DNA from: Candidatus Woesearchaeota archaeon
GTDB lineage: Archaea; Nanobdellota; Nanobdellia; Woesearchaeales; DSVV01
Assembly (NCBI GenBank): GCA_016214075.1
Contig: JACRPI010000013.1
Location: 5,418 to 69,417, forward strand
Direction of reading: 5' to 3'
Length of the DNA stretch: 64,000 nt
This document shows, piece after piece, positions 47,275 through 58,077 of this stretch. Position numbers and translations under genes: made by a program. Numbering within the stretch: the first letter of the stretch is position 1; each line of letters begins with the position of its first letter. Below the pieces are notes generated by a model. The model was not told the origin of the DNA. It searched no databases and saw only the letters and a program-made list of their open reading frames with translations.

Positions 47275-47311
47275 GCAGAACAAGAGCATAACATGAGATT
47301 GACAAAATTGC

Positions 47312-47623
47312 TCAAAAAAACACTTGCTTCATTTGTAATCGTCCTGGAACTTCTTTCGGATTCTTTAAAAAACTAATAACTGCGTGAACATCATCTTCAG
47401 TATTCACTTGTCTGAACCAATACGTTTTTCCAAGGACAATTGCTTTCACGACATTTGCCATACGACAAGGGCCAAGGCAGTATGGAACTTCAAACTGGAC
47501 ACTCTCATCAAGTCCTTCTTGAGCGAGCAGAGAACGAAACAACTCATGCTTTACAACAGGATTTCTTTTTTCTGGATGACCACAACAGCAGCCATTACAG
47601 ACATACAATTTTTTACTTTCCAT
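47312..47623 (-). CDS. Putative thioredoxin-like [2Fe-2S] ferredoxin-family protein
   Basis: Cys pattern CNGCCCG...CLGPC in a ~100-aa protein. Weak. Confidence 0.3.
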   Translation of the reverse strand: MESKKLYVCNGCCCGHPEKRNPVVKHELFRSLLAQEGLDESVQFEVPYCLGPCRMANVVKAIVLGKTYWFRQVNTEDDVHAVISFLKNPKEVPGRLQMKQVFF

Positions 47624-47672
47624 ACTCTCCTAGAGAAAGAAACAGTTAATAAATCTTCTTGTGTCGCTTATT

Positions 47673-47939
47673 TTATCCTTGGTACTTGTGGTCGAGTACT
47701 ATCTTCTCCAGGTATAACTCTTGTTTTTGAATATCGTACGAATATATGATGCGGAGTTTACCAACCCATAAACGACAGCTTCCTTTAAGGTCATAATGGA
47801 GATGCTTGTATCGAAAAGGATTCTCTGCTACTTCTTCAATTTTGTCTTTAATTCTTTTTTGAAGTTGATTATCTACTTTCTTAAAATCTTTAGAAAATTC
47901 TTTTGTTGGAAGTATCTTATAGAGCATTCCAATCATCAA
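47673..47939 (-). CDS. relE: RelE/ParE-family type II toxin
   Basis: 88 aa. ...CRLWVGKLRIIYSYDIQKQELYLEKIVLDHKYQ matches the RelE/ParE C-terminal pattern (RvGdYRiiY...hRk.Y). Confidence 0.6.
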   Translation of the reverse strand: MMIGMLYKILPTKEFSKDFKKVDNQLQKRIKDKIEEVAENPFRYKHLHYDLKGSCRLWVGKLRIIYSYDIQKQELYLEKIVLDHKYQG

Positions 47940-48099
47940 AGTCTCTTTTCTCTATTTGTTGTTTTGCTTTTTTATATGAATCCATAAAACTCTTGTCCAT
48001 CATTAACTCAAGAGATTCTACAATAGTATCAAACTCATCTTTTACTTTTACAAGATCCATAATGGCTTCTTTGTTTATTGTCACTGTTGAACTTACCAT
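47917..48099 (-). CDS. Putative antitoxin partner of the RelE-like toxin
   Basis: 60-aa ORF immediately upstream of the toxin and overlapping it by 23 nt. Confidence 0.4.
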   Translation of the reverse strand: MVSSTVTINKEAIMDLVKVKDEFDTIVESLELMMDKSFMDSYKKAKQQIEKRDFDDWNAL

Positions 48100-48196
48100 A
48101 AAGAAGAAAATGGAAGAGGTTCTTAATAAATATTGTGCCCCTAATGAAGTATTAAAAACACATTAGAAAAAAGAGATAAATTTTAGGAATGGATGC

Positions 48197-48502
48197 TCAC
48201 TTTCCATCTAATTCCCTCAGAATGATTTCTTTAATCTCTTGAGGAGATTGTATCTTAATAAATCTTCCTGAAGGATAAACGCAAACAACGCCAGCTTCAG
48301 GATTACAAAATCCAAGACAAGTACAAGACGTGCAAAGCACTTTTCCAGTCCAGCCTTGTTGCCTGATCCAAAGTTTTATTTCTTTGACATCTTCTTTTCG
48401 AATGCGAGGTCCACAACTTGGCATTGGATTCTCCTGAGAAGAGCGATCATTGACGCAGACAAAAACATGAACAAGGGGTTTTGGAAAAGAGATAATTTCC
48501 AT
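48197..48502 (-). CDS. Thioredoxin-like [2Fe-2S] ferredoxin (NuoE/HoxF-N-like)
   Basis: VHVFVCVNDRS...PSCGPR...VLCTSCTCLGFCNPEAGVVCVYPSG matches the C...C...CxGxC Trx-like ferredoxin pattern. Start trimmed to MEIIS. Confidence 0.55.
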   Translation of the reverse strand: MEIISFPKPLVHVFVCVNDRSSQENPMPSCGPRIRKEDVKEIKLWIRQQGWTGKVLCTSCTCLGFCNPEAGVVCVYPSGRFIKIQSPQEIKEIILRELDGK

Positions 48503-48506
48503 AGTC

Positions 48507-50339
48507 TCACTTCCTGCAGAAAGCAAGTAGTGCTTTCTCATCTTTAAATCGTTGACACATTCCTTTATAACAATCTTCAAACGCGTTACCTTTGAGCACG
48601 AATGCGTTGACTGGAAGTAATCTCAGATCAAGAGAAGAAGGAACATGAAGTATATGGAAATATCCCTCGCTATAGAATGCAAACAAGTTATGAAAATCAC
48701 GACTAAACGCGGATCCATACCCTACAGAAGAATGTTCCATCCCTAAAATAATTCGCGAACGAAATAGAGTAAATTCCGCGACAGCAACACTAGAGGGAGT
48801 AGGATGATCATAAGTTTGCGCAGGAATCGTAATAAAATCAGCGTTCCTACTTTCAATCCATTGTTTTTTGTCAGAATCATAAAAAGACTCCAACCTCAGA
48901 AAAAGTTCATGGATTATTTTCTTAACCTCTTCATCATGTTTTATCTCATAAAAATAGGTTGCGAATAAAAGAAGTGCTGCGTAATCTTCAAGAAACTCTT
49001 GGCTTTGAACGCTGTTTCCTAAAGAACTATGCGCAAGTTTTTTAGAAGAATCTTTATGTTCGTAATGTTTTTTCAAAAGGGTATCAAAGAGCATCTCCGC
49101 TTTTTTGTATCCTTCAGAAGAACAACCGCAGCGTTCTGCCATGACAAACGCAATGCCAAGAAGCGAATTCCAACTTGTTATAATCTTTTTATCAACAAAC
49201 GGTTGTTTACGTTTTTTTCGACGCAGTAAAAGTTTTTTTTCAAGAGTAGGGACTGTCTCTAGTTTTTTCTTTAATAAATGAATGTTTCCTTCAAAATTTT
49301 CATCCAAGATATACAAAGAAGCAAAAGCAGTATACTCTGCTGGCGACAAAAACTTTTCCAACTCCTCTTTTGTCCAAAGATAAGTAGTTCCTTCTTCATG
49401 ATCTGTGTCTGCGTCATGACCAGAATAATACAATCCATCTTCTTCAAATGTCTCTTCAAGACAAGAAATAATTTTTTCTGCGACTTCTTTGTACGCGTCC
49501 TTCTTCAAGATTTTGTAAGCAACGCTAAAAACCCAAAGAAGCAGTGCTTGGTCATACAGCATTTTTTCAAAATGCGGAATTGTCCATTGTTGATCAACAC
49601 AATATCGATAAAATCCTCCCTGGAGGTGATCGTGAAGACCGCGCGTCGCAAGAGTATCAAGAATTTTCTCAATAACATTTTTCACTGCGTCCTCTTTTGT
49701 CTCTTCATAATACGCAAGCAGAAAAAGCAGGGTGTTGTGTGGCGGAAATTGTGGACCGTGGTGAAAGCTTGCAGTGTGGCTATCAAAAGAACGAAGCATG
49801 GTTTCAATAACCTCCACTTGAGCAACAGAAGTGATCGTGCTCTCAGAAAAATATTCAGGAACAAATTGTTCAAGAGAAGTAGGGTTTTTTTCGTACAAGG
49901 AAACTGCGTGTTCTAGAATTTGAAAGAAACCAGGCATCCCATATTTTGGGGTGACAGGAACATACGTCATTGCGAGCATAGGTATTTGGTCTGGAGTGAG
50001 AATCACATTGAGTGGCCAGCCACCATGTCCTTGCTGCTCAATCAAAAACGCCATCATGTATTGGTCAATATCTAGGCGTTGTTCTCGGTCAACTTTGATC
50101 GCGACAAAATGTTCGTTAAGAAATTGCGCGATCTCAGGATTCGAAAACGCTTCAGAAGCCATGACGTGGCACCAATGACAGGTCGCGTAACCCACAGAAA
50201 CAAAAAGAAGTTTATTTTGTTTTTGTGCGTGCTCGAGAACCTCAAGAGACCATTCTTGCCAATAGATGGGATTATCTTTGTGTTGCTGGAGATATGGAGA
50301 TGATGATGTTGCTAAAGTATTCTTTGTAAAATCCATCAT
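48507..50339 (-). CDS. YyaL/DUF255 thioredoxin-domain protein (thioredoxin fold fused to a six-hairpin glycosidase-like domain)
   Basis: GYATCHWCHVM thioredoxin-like CxxC in the DUF255 context. 610 aa. Confidence 0.7.
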   Translation of the reverse strand: MMDFTKNTLATSSSPYLQQHKDNPIYWQEWSLEVLEHAQKQNKLLFVSVGYATCHWCHVMASEAFSNPEIAQFLNEHFVAIKVDREQRLDIDQYMMAFLIEQQGHGGWPLNVILTPDQIPMLAMTYVPVTPKYGMPGFFQILEHAVSLYEKNPTSLEQFVPEYFSESTITSVAQVEVIETMLRSFDSHTASFHHGPQFPPHNTLLFLLAYYEETKEDAVKNVIEKILDTLATRGLHDHLQGGFYRYCVDQQWTIPHFEKMLYDQALLLWVFSVAYKILKKDAYKEVAEKIISCLEETFEEDGLYYSGHDADTDHEEGTTYLWTKEELEKFLSPAEYTAFASLYILDENFEGNIHLLKKKLETVPTLEKKLLLRRKKRKQPFVDKKIITSWNSLLGIAFVMAERCGCSSEGYKKAEMLFDTLLKKHYEHKDSSKKLAHSSLGNSVQSQEFLEDYAALLLFATYFYEIKHDEEVKKIIHELFLRLESFYDSDKKQWIESRNADFITIPAQTYDHPTPSSVAVAEFTLFRSRIILGMEHSSVGYGSAFSRDFHNLFAFYSEGYFHILHVPSSLDLRLLPVNAFVLKGNAFEDCYKGMCQRFKDEKALLAFCRK

Positions 50340-50383
50340 AAACAGATGAATGAAAGCGCGTTTATAAAATTTTAGAGGTCAAA

Positions 50384-51295
50384 CTACTTCTTCATCTCTT
50401 TCTTCGACTTCCAGAAAAAGAATCCTACTGCCGCGAAGGTAATTGTTGGACTAGCCCACTGTGGAATGTGAAATCCAAAACTATCCAACAACATGAATGA
50501 ACCTAAAAACAAAATAGAGTACATCGCGCCATTTTTCAAGTATTTATATTTCTTGATGCGTTCAACATTGCTCACGGTGACTTGTCGTAAAACAATCGCG
50601 CCAAGACCATTCCCCAATAAAATCAGCGGAACAGAAAGCGTGAACGCGAACGCGCCTAAAACACCATCAATCGAGAATGTCGCGTCAATAACTTCAAGAT
50701 AGAATATCTTGCTGAGATCTGTTTTTTTCTTGTCCAAAAGATGTTTTTCCTGCTCAGCCGCGTTTTCCTTAAATCCATGCGTAATGAAAAAGGCGGTAGA
50801 ACCAACAACTGCGCTGAACGCCATGAATGGATTTTCCTTGAGCGCGAACCAGACAATGAGGGAAAGTAAAACAGAAACAACTGCGAAAAACCAGACTCCT
50901 TTGGATTGAATATATTCTTCACCATATAATCCATAGTGTTTTGGCTCTAAAAATATCCAGTGGAAAAAGAGGAAGATGAGGAATACGCCGCCACCAACTA
51001 ACAGAAGAGGAGCGGATGTTTCTACAGCTTCAATAACAGAAGGATCATTGCTGAATGTCGCGAACAATGCTTCAATCGGACCAAGTGTTGGGTTCACTGC
51101 CCAGACAATGCCCCAAGGCAATAATCCACGGACAACAAAGACTGCGAAAAGAATCCCCCAGAGCAAGAACCATCGCCGAGCTTTTTCTCCCATGGTGGAG
51201 AGAACTTCCGCGTTGATGATCGCGTTATCGATGCTGCTGATAGCTTCAAATAAACAAAGACCCGCAACGATGAGAATGATGCTAAATATCTCCAT
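50384..51295 (-). CDS. DUF475/TerC-like integral membrane protein
   Basis: SSIDNAIINA (the SIDNA motif) and multiple TM helices. Confidence 0.6.
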   Translation of the reverse strand: MEIFSIILIVAGLCLFEAISSIDNAIINAEVLSTMGEKARRWFLLWGILFAVFVVRGLLPWGIVWAVNPTLGPIEALFATFSNDPSVIEAVETSAPLLLVGGGVFLIFLFFHWIFLEPKHYGLYGEEYIQSKGVWFFAVVSVLLSLIVWFALKENPFMAFSAVVGSTAFFITHGFKENAAEQEKHLLDKKKTDLSKIFYLEVIDATFSIDGVLGAFAFTLSVPLILLGNGLGAIVLRQVTVSNVERIKKYKYLKNGAMYSILFLGSFMLLDSFGFHIPQWASPTITFAAVGFFFWKSKKEMKK

Positions 51296-51410
51296 ACAAA
51301 TCTCAATGTGATGATAAGTTAATAAAGATTTCTTTTCAAAAGGAGAAGGAATACTTTTTTAAAGTTGAGCTCTTTGTCCTTTTTTAAAAAGGCGGAGAAG
51401 GTGATTTCAT

Positions 51411-52646
51411 ATGAAAGAAAAAGTAGTGCTTGCGTATTCTGGTGGTTTAGACACCTCTGTTATTCTTAAATGGCTCGTCAATAAAGGGTATGATGTGGTC
51501 GCTTTTCTCGCGGATATTGGACAGGATGAAGATTTTGAGGCGGCGAAGAAAAAAGCAACCTTGCTTGGCGCTTCTGCAGTCTACATAGAAGATCTCAAAC
51601 ACGAATTTGTCGAAGAATATATTTTCGCGGCGTTAAAAGGAAACGCGGTCTATGAAGGAAGATATCTTTTAGGCACATCGATCGCGCGCCCATTAATCGC
51701 GAGAACGCAGATAGAGATTGCGCAGAGAGAACATGCGCAGTACGTTTCTCATGGCGCGACAGGAAAAGGAAACGATCAGGTGCGCTTTGAATTAACGTAT
51801 TACGCGTTAAACCCAAAAATTAAAATAATCGCGCCGTGGAAAGAAAAAGAGTTTCTCGGCCAGTTTAAAGGAAGATCAGACATGATTCAGTACGCGAGGG
51901 AAAATAATATTCCCATCACCGCGACAATAGAAAAACCGTATAGCACAGACGAGAATCTGATGCATATCAGTTATGAATCAGGAATTCTGGAAGATCCAAA
52001 GCACGCTCCTGATAAAGAAATGTTTAAAAAAACAACTTCTCCGCAGGATGCGCCAGATAAAGAAACACATCTTATGGTGGAATTTAAAGATGGCACACCG
52101 GTAAAAGTGACAAATCTTGATGATAACACCACAAAAACAGACGCGTTAGAGCTCTTCCTGTATCTGAACAAAATTGGCTCGCAAAATGGCATTGGAAGAA
52201 TAGATATTGTTGAAAACAGGTATGTAGGGATCAAAAGCAGAGGAGTGTATGAATCTCCTGCGGCGACAATTCTTTGGAAAGCGCATCAGGACATTGAAGG
52301 AATCGCGATGGACAGAGAGGTGTATCGCTTAAAAGAAATTCTTTCTCCAAGATTTGCGGAACTCATTTACAATGGGTATTGGTTTTCACCTGAAATGGAT
52401 TTTTTGATGGCGGCGTTCAACAAAAGCCAGGAACTTATTGATGGAAAAGTGTATCTCACGTTGTATAAAGGAAACGTCATGATTACAGGAAGAGAATCAC
52501 CAAGCTCTTTGTATAATAAAGATCTTTCAAGCATGGATGTCGAAGGTGGCTTTAATCAGCAAGATTCCCGTGGTTTTATCAACATCAACGCGATCCGCTT
52601 GAAGGCGCACAGCGTTATCTTAAAGAATAGGATGAAAAAAACATGA
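51411..52646 (+). CDS. argG: Argininosuccinate synthase
   Basis: N-terminal [13 protein letters not shown]-loop and the conserved ArgG core. Confidence 0.9.
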   Translation: MKEKVVLAYSGGLDTSVILKWLVNKGYDVVAFLADIGQDEDFEAAKKKATLLGASAVYIEDLKHEFVEEYIFAALKGNAVYEGRYLLGTSIARPLIARTQIEIAQREHAQYVSHGATGKGNDQVRFELTYYALNPKIKIIAPWKEKEFLGQFKGRSDMIQYARENNIPITATIEKPYSTDENLMHISYESGILEDPKHAPDKEMFKKTTSPQDAPDKETHLMVEFKDGTPVKVTNLDDNTTKTDALELFLYLNKIGSQNGIGRIDIVENRYVGIKSRGVYESPAATILWKAHQDIEGIAMDREVYRLKEILSPRFAELIYNGYWFSPEMDFLMAAFNKSQELIDGKVYLTLYKGNVMITGRESPSSLYNKDLSSMDVEGGFNQQDSRGFININAIRLKAHSVILKNRMKKT

Positions 52647-53824
52647 AGCTTTGGCAGAAAGGGCACGATCTTGACAAGGAAATTGAGCGGTTTACTGTCG
52701 GCAACGATTATCTGTTAGACAAAAAACTACTCAAGTATGACGCGCGAGCAAGTAGCGCGCATGCCGCGATGCTTCATAAGATTGGAATTCTAACAAAAGA
52801 AGAATTTGAAAAAATAAAAAAATGCTTGGAAGAGATTGAAGCCCTCGCTGCAACGGGCGCGTTTGAGATAAAACAGCAAGATGAAGATTGCCATACCGCC
52901 ATTGAGAATTATCTTGTAGAAAAACTAGGAGAAGCAGGAAAAAAAGTGCATACTGCTCGCTCTAGAAATGACCAGGTTCTTGCAGCGCTGCGCCTCTACG
53001 CACGAGAAGAAGCAGCAAAAATAAAGGAAAAAGGAAACGCAGTTATTGCAGCACTTTGTCTGTGCAAAGCAAAATACGGCGCAGTAAAAATCCCAGGCTA
53101 TACGCACATGCAGCGCGCGATGCCTGCAACATGTGGATTATGGATTGGCGCGTTTGAAGAAGCGCTTCAGGATGATCTGCTTGTGCTTGAGCATGCAGTA
53201 AAGATCATGAATCAATCTCCTTTGGGCGCGGCTGCTGGCTATGGCGTTCCTGGATTAGCGATTGATAGGGTCTTTGTCGCGGAAACACTTGGATTTGAAA
53301 AAGTGCAGAATAATACACTTTATGTGCAGAATAGTAGGGGGAAGTTTGACCTGCTTCTATTGCAGGCGTTGCAGCAAGTCATGCTCACATTAAACAAGCT
53401 CGCTACAGACGTTATGCTTTTCACAACAGCAGAGTACAATTTTCTCAAGTTGCCTGTAGAATTTTGCACAGGAAGCAGTATTATGCCTCAGAAAAAAAAT
53501 CCGGATGTCATAGAATTACTTCGCGCGAAAACAGCGATGTTTTGTAGTTATCCGCAACAAATAACCGCAATCATAACAAATCTTCCTTCAGGATATAACA
53601 GAGATTTTCAATTAACCAAACAACCCTTTATGGAAGCGATTGAGTTGACAAAAAATTGTTTGCAAATAAGTGCGCATGTTCTTAGTATGTTGGAAGTAAA
53701 TAAAGAGAGCTGCGAAGCTGCTGCAAGCAGTAAAGAATTGTATGCGACAGAAGAAGCGTATAAGCTCGTCAAAAAAGGAATGTCATTTAGGGAAGCGTAT
53801 AAAGAAGTAGGAAAGAAATTCTAA
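52643..53824 (+). CDS. argH: Argininosuccinate lyase (short form, 393 aa)
   Basis: [12 protein letters not shown] lyase signature. Overlaps argG by 4 nt. About 60 aa shorter at the C-terminus than typical ArgH. Confidence 0.8.
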   Translation: MKLWQKGHDLDKEIERFTVGNDYLLDKKLLKYDARASSAHAAMLHKIGILTKEEFEKIKKCLEEIEALAATGAFEIKQQDEDCHTAIENYLVEKLGEAGKKVHTARSRNDQVLAALRLYAREEAAKIKEKGNAVIAALCLCKAKYGAVKIPGYTHMQRAMPATCGLWIGAFEEALQDDLLVLEHAVKIMNQSPLGAAAGYGVPGLAIDRVFVAETLGFEKVQNNTLYVQNSRGKFDLLLLQALQQVMLTLNKLATDVMLFTTAEYNFLKLPVEFCTGSSIMPQKKNPDVIELLRAKTAMFCSYPQQITAIITNLPSGYNRDFQLTKQPFMEAIELTKNCLQISAHVLSMLEVNKESCEAAASSKELYATEEAYKLVKKGMSFREAYKEVGKKF

Positions 53825-53849
53825 TCAAAATTGCCCTATTTTAAAAAAT

Positions 53850-55190
53850 TTAATACAAATATCCCCACGTATGCAATCTATCTGAATCATTGACCCATTT
53901 CGCGCCAATATCCACGCGATAAAACATGTTCTGCAGCATAATATTTTTCACGCGGTTATACGCCTGTTTTCTCGCGTCGTCAACAGTAGTTCCTGAGCCA
54001 GTAATGACAAGCGCGTAGCCCGATTCTCCCGCAAGTCGAAGATCGTCTTCCACCATCTTAACATCGCCAAGGTGAACTCCTTCCCAACTCGGTTTCCTAA
54101 AGAGAACTGAAGAATCTTTGTAGACAGCGAATGTTTTCGCGTCATCAAACGGAAACGGAGGAACAGCGACAACAACGCCTACTTGGAATCCTTTTTTTGT
54201 CTTAAGATCAAATTGCTCTCCTTTCGCGAGCTGATACATCAAATCTCCCCACGGATTCAAAATTCCTTCCATTTGAATGCTGATAGTAGGATACCCAAAG
54301 CGACAAGTAAATTCAAGAGGATGAATGCCATACCGATCTGCGATGCAATTAATATCAACGTAACCAACATAATTGGATTCCTCAAGAAGGGGCTGCATTT
54401 TCTCCAATGTTTGTTTGTAAATCTCACAACTTGGCGCGAAAAACATAAGCGTCCCCATTTCACCAGTAAACGGCCCAATATCCCCCGGAAACATTCTTTT
54501 GTGTTCAAAATTCACACAAACAGGAGTGATGAAATCCTTGCCATTGAAAAAAGCGCCAATAGCGACTTCAACGCCCGTAACATATTTTTGGAGCTGAAAG
54601 TGTTTTGCTTTTTTGCTCCACGCTTTTCTGTTGTGCATCATGACTTCAAGAAGATCTTTACCATCTTCTTCTTCTGCGATAAACAAAAGTGCTTTTTGAT
54701 CAGATCCAATAAATCCGCTCGGTTTAAGCACATATCGTCCAGGATTTTTCTGTAAAAAGTCAATTGCCTCATCCATATTTGTAAAATTCCAGCGAGGAAG
54801 AACGTTGACGCCGACGCGTTTGAGTTCTGACTGGCCAAATTCTCTGTCTTCTTCAAGGCGGTCACTGTATGCTGTTCCACCGACAACTAATTTCCCTTCT
54901 TTGCGAAGTTTGTCTGCGATTTCTCCGAACCCTGTATCGTCGAAAACAATAACATCTGCCCATTCGACTTCTTCACGCCAGTTGGAAACTTTTTCAAGAA
55001 TACCGTCGTAAACATCTTGATCAGTGCCGCTTTTGATATAACAACGAACTTTGTGTCCTTCTTTCTGAATTTGCCAAGCAAGATCGCCGCTGAGGCTTTC
55101 GTTGGAAACAAAGAGAAATTTTTTATGCCCGTTTTTGTGTTCTGGCTTTACTTCAGTTTTCGTCTCAGATTTTATTTCTTTTCCATCCAT
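53850..55190 (-). CDS. purD: ATP-grasp enzyme, PurD-like (phosphoribosylamine-glycine ligase). Assignment within the ATP-grasp superfamily is uncertain.
   Basis: KFLFVSNESLSGDLAWQI N-terminal, FPGDIGPFTGEMG (cf. PurD DhGPNTGGMG), FGYPTISIQ (cf. FGDPETQ). Confidence 0.5.
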   Translation of the reverse strand: MDGKEIKSETKTEVKPEHKNGHKKFLFVSNESLSGDLAWQIQKEGHKVRCYIKSGTDQDVYDGILEKVSNWREEVEWADVIVFDDTGFGEIADKLRKEGKLVVGGTAYSDRLEEDREFGQSELKRVGVNVLPRWNFTNMDEAIDFLQKNPGRYVLKPSGFIGSDQKALLFIAEEEDGKDLLEVMMHNRKAWSKKAKHFQLQKYVTGVEVAIGAFFNGKDFITPVCVNFEHKRMFPGDIGPFTGEMGTLMFFAPSCEIYKQTLEKMQPLLEESNYVGYVDINCIADRYGIHPLEFTCRFGYPTISIQMEGILNPWGDLMYQLAKGEQFDLKTKKGFQVGVVVAVPPFPFDDAKTFAVYKDSSVLFRKPSWEGVHLGDVKMVEDDLRLAGESGYALVITGSGTTVDDARKQAYNRVKNIMLQNMFYRVDIGAKWVNDSDRLHTWGYLY

Positions 55191-55238
55191 ACCTTTTTTC
55201 TGATAAAAGTGGTATTTATAATTTTGTATTTTGAAAAA

Positions 55239-56042
55239 TCACAACAACAAAATAAAAACAACAATCGCAAGAATAATTCTATAATATCCAAACAATTTGA
55301 AATCATGGTTGGAAATATATCTCATGAGCCACGCAATCGCGAGCCAGGCAGTGATAAAAGAAACAACAAATCCAAGTGCAAGAGTAGAAAGCTGAAGAGA
55401 AGTAATATTATTCCCCTCTGTAAAATACACAAAAAGCGAATATCCTGACGCAGCAAGCAGCGTAGGAATTGCAAGAAAAAAAGAATATTCTGTGGCGGTT
55501 TTTCTGTTCAAGCCAAGGAGCATTGCGCCAATAATAGTTGCGGCTGCTCGAGAAATACCAGGAATCAACGCAAAACATTGAATCAAGCCAATAAAGAAAG
55601 CAGTCGCGTATCCAACTTGCACAATATCTGCCATCTTCTGTTTTTTTTCTGTAAACTGCTCTATGAAGAGAAGAAATAGCCCGCCAACAAGCAATGCAAT
55701 CGCAACAACCAACGGAGTAAAGAGTGTTTTCTGGATCCATGTACCAAATAAACCTCCGAGAAGGAGTGCAGGAAGAACACTAAGCAGTATTCTCTTCCAA
55801 ATTTCAAGAGTGTTTTGTCGTTCTTGAGTATTTTTTTGCACAGGAATAATTTTCTTTCGAAAATAAAGAAGCACAGCAAGAATTGCGCCAGATTGGATCA
55901 CGATATCAAAGAGTGTTGGAAACGCACCTGTAAATGAAATAATGTTGTTCACAAGAATCAAGTGTCCTGTGGAGGAGATGGGCAAAAATTCAGTAATGCC
56001 TTCAACAATACCAAGGAGCAGTGCGATAATGAGGTCGTTCAT
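55239..56042 (-). CDS. uppP: Undecaprenyl/dolichyl-diphosphatase UppP (BacA)
   Basis: GIVEGITEFLPISSTGHLIL signature. Start trimmed to MNDLII. Confidence 0.8.
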   Translation of the reverse strand: MNDLIIALLLGIVEGITEFLPISSTGHLILVNNIISFTGAFPTLFDIVIQSGAILAVLLYFRKKIIPVQKNTQERQNTLEIWKRILLSVLPALLLGGLFGTWIQKTLFTPLVVAIALLVGGLFLLFIEQFTEKKQKMADIVQVGYATAFFIGLIQCFALIPGISRAAATIIGAMLLGLNRKTATEYSFFLAIPTLLAASGYSLFVYFTEGNNITSLQLSTLALGFVVSFITAWLAIAWLMRYISNHDFKLFGYYRIILAIVVFILLL

Positions 56043-56152
56043 TCTCTGGAATAATGCGTTTTGGTATAAATTGCTTGTTGTTTTTTTTGACATACATAAG
56101 ATTTCAGCGTATAAAACGCATGCTAACAAAATTATAAACGCATAGCAACCTA

Positions 56153-56203
56153 AAACACGCACCAGCAAAACCAAATACACAATTCATCCTTTTATTATTC
56201 ATT
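56153..56203 (+). promoter_or_regulatory. Conserved promoter-like element (copy C)
   Basis: AAACACGCACCAGCAAAACCAAATACACAATTCATCCTTTTATTATTCATT, upstream of the YbjQ-family gene at 56257. Confidence 0.55.
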
Positions 56204-56256
56204 TAGACTAATAATCCTAAACAAAATATATAAACAAACAGAAGATATCTTTTCGT

Positions 56257-56571
56257 ATGGAATACACTACAACAGAACAAATAGCAGGAAAGAAGATTAC
56301 AAAAACACTCGGTTTAGTCGCGGGAAACACTGTCCGAGCGCGCTGGGTTGGCGCAGACTTCATTGCAGGTCTTCGCAATCTCATTGGCGGAGAAGTCGTG
56401 GAGTATACACGTTTAATGGCAGATACAAGAGAACAATCTGTTCAGCGTATGCTTGAAGAAGCAAAGAAGCGTGGCGCGAACGCGGTTGTTTCTGTTCGCT
56501 TTCAAACATCAACAATCGCGCAAGCAGGAGAAGAGATTCTCGTGTATGGGACTGCTGTTGTGGTGAAGTGA
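56257..56571 (+). CDS. YbjQ/UPF0145 (DUF74) family protein
   Basis: 104-aa protein with the UPF0145 pattern GADFIAGLRNLIGGEV...ANAVV. Confidence 0.6.
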   Translation: MEYTTTEQIAGKKITKTLGLVAGNTVRARWVGADFIAGLRNLIGGEVVEYTRLMADTREQSVQRMLEEAKKRGANAVVSVRFQTSTIAQAGEEILVYGTAVVVK

Positions 56572-57453
56572 TTACCAATTTTTTGCTTGTTCTTGCAGCT
56601 CAAACAGGAGATATTTGAGCATGGGAAGAATATTTCCATCATCTGCTTTTTTTAACGCTGTATAATATCTTCTTTTGTTTTTGTTTTGAACAATAAGAAG
56701 AGGATATTTGTTTTTAAGAAGAATGTAATTAAGCAGCAACCTTCCTACCCTTCCGTTTCCATCAAAGAAAGGGTGTAATCGCTCAAAAACGCTATGAAAC
56801 TCGCTTGCTGTTTCCAGAGGGTGGAGATTATTTTTGTTATTATGATACCAGTCTAAAAGGTTATCAAGTTCAGTCTCAAGCAATTTGGCAGAGATAGGAA
56901 TAAGCGTGCCAACACGAACTTGTCCTGTTCTAAATTTTCCAGCATCTTCTGTAACTGTGTTTTTAAGTAATCGATGAAGTTCAAGAATGAACTCTTTTGA
57001 AATGTCTCCTTTAAGCTGTTGTTTCATGTAGAGAAACGCTTGCTTGTGATTCTCAGCTTCTTTAATGTCCCTAATTGGTTTTTCTTTAGGACTAATCCCT
57101 TCTTCAAGAAGCATCTTTGTGTCTTTATAGCTCAGTGTAGAGCCTTCTATTCGGTTCGTGTCATAAGTAAATTGAGTAATAATCTCATTTTCTAATTGAT
57201 ACAGTTCATCTGTTGCTGCCTGTTTAATCTTGTTTTGGTATTTTGTTTGTATCTCATCCAGTGTTTTGTTGTTCTGGGCAAAAAAAAGCGCGACTTTGTT
57301 AAATTCTTTTCCAAAAGCAGTTACATCTTTCGCAGAAGGAGGGTTGAGACCAATGTATCTTTCTATTTTTTTCCATTTATTGTCTGCGATTCGTGTTGAT
57401 TCTACAAGATAATAGTATTCTCTTCCGTTGACGTTCTTTTTTCTGACAAACAT
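56572..57453 (-). CDS. Fic/DOC-family protein (second paralog)
   Basis: Fic motif HPFFDGNGRVGRLL. Overall similarity to the Fic gene at 30700-31626. Confidence 0.85.
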   Translation of the reverse strand: MFVRKKNVNGREYYYLVESTRIADNKWKKIERYIGLNPPSAKDVTAFGKEFNKVALFFAQNNKTLDEIQTKYQNKIKQAATDELYQLENEIITQFTYDTNRIEGSTLSYKDTKMLLEEGISPKEKPIRDIKEAENHKQAFLYMKQQLKGDISKEFILELHRLLKNTVTEDAGKFRTGQVRVGTLIPISAKLLETELDNLLDWYHNNKNNLHPLETASEFHSVFERLHPFFDGNGRVGRLLLNYILLKNKYPLLIVQNKNKRRYYTALKKADDGNILPMLKYLLFELQEQAKNW

Positions 57454-57544
57454 ATAGGCACCACAAATGACAGAAATTCGCTTATTTTTAAATTTTTAGT
57501 CACCACGGGGGTTTTGGGCAGGATTGTGGTGATTCTGAAATAGT

Positions 57545-58072
57545 TTAATCTTTTGAGGTTTGATTAAAAAGATCATAGCGCATACTCACGTGGTGATCTT
57601 TTTTGATGTATCTATTATCTAAATTAGAAACAAAACCAAACTGTTCATACCATTTTACTTTATTTGGATACGCGTCCACAGTTACAAACCTGACTGCTGT
57701 CATTTCAGAACACTTTAAGATATACCCCACTGCCCATTTCAAAATATCTTCTCCAACTTTTTGACCTTTATATTTTGTATCCCTTCCTATTCGAGATATT
57801 TTTATAGCTGGAAACTCTGCAATAGGTTTTTTCTCAATATCATGACTTTCTTTTTCAGTTAGCTTCAATTTAAGTGAATCTGCCGCGGTTGAGAAAAAAC
57901 CAATAACTTCATCATTACAAGTAAAAATAGTTGTCGTCGCAAGTTTTTTATCCTGATAAATCAAAGCATCTTCTTTCAGAAATTCATTAATGTCCTTATC
58001 TCCACAGTCAAATGCTGTTAAATCATATATTTTAGAGAGGCGTAATGCTTTAACATGAGAAAAATCTATCAC
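57545..58072 (-). CDS. GNAT-family acetyltransferase, candidate toxin of a GNAT/antitoxin pair
   Basis: Acetyl-CoA-binding-like region YKGQKVGEDILKWAVGY. A small ORF lies 5 nt upstream. Confidence 0.5.
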   Translation of the reverse strand: MIDFSHVKALRLSKIYDLTAFDCGDKDINEFLKEDALIYQDKKLATTTIFTCNDEVIGFFSTAADSLKLKLTEKESHDIEKKPIAEFPAIKISRIGRDTKYKGQKVGEDILKWAVGYILKCSEMTAVRFVTVDAYPNKVKWYEQFGFVSNLDNRYIKKDHHVSMRYDLFNQTSKD

Positions 58073-58077
58073 TCACA

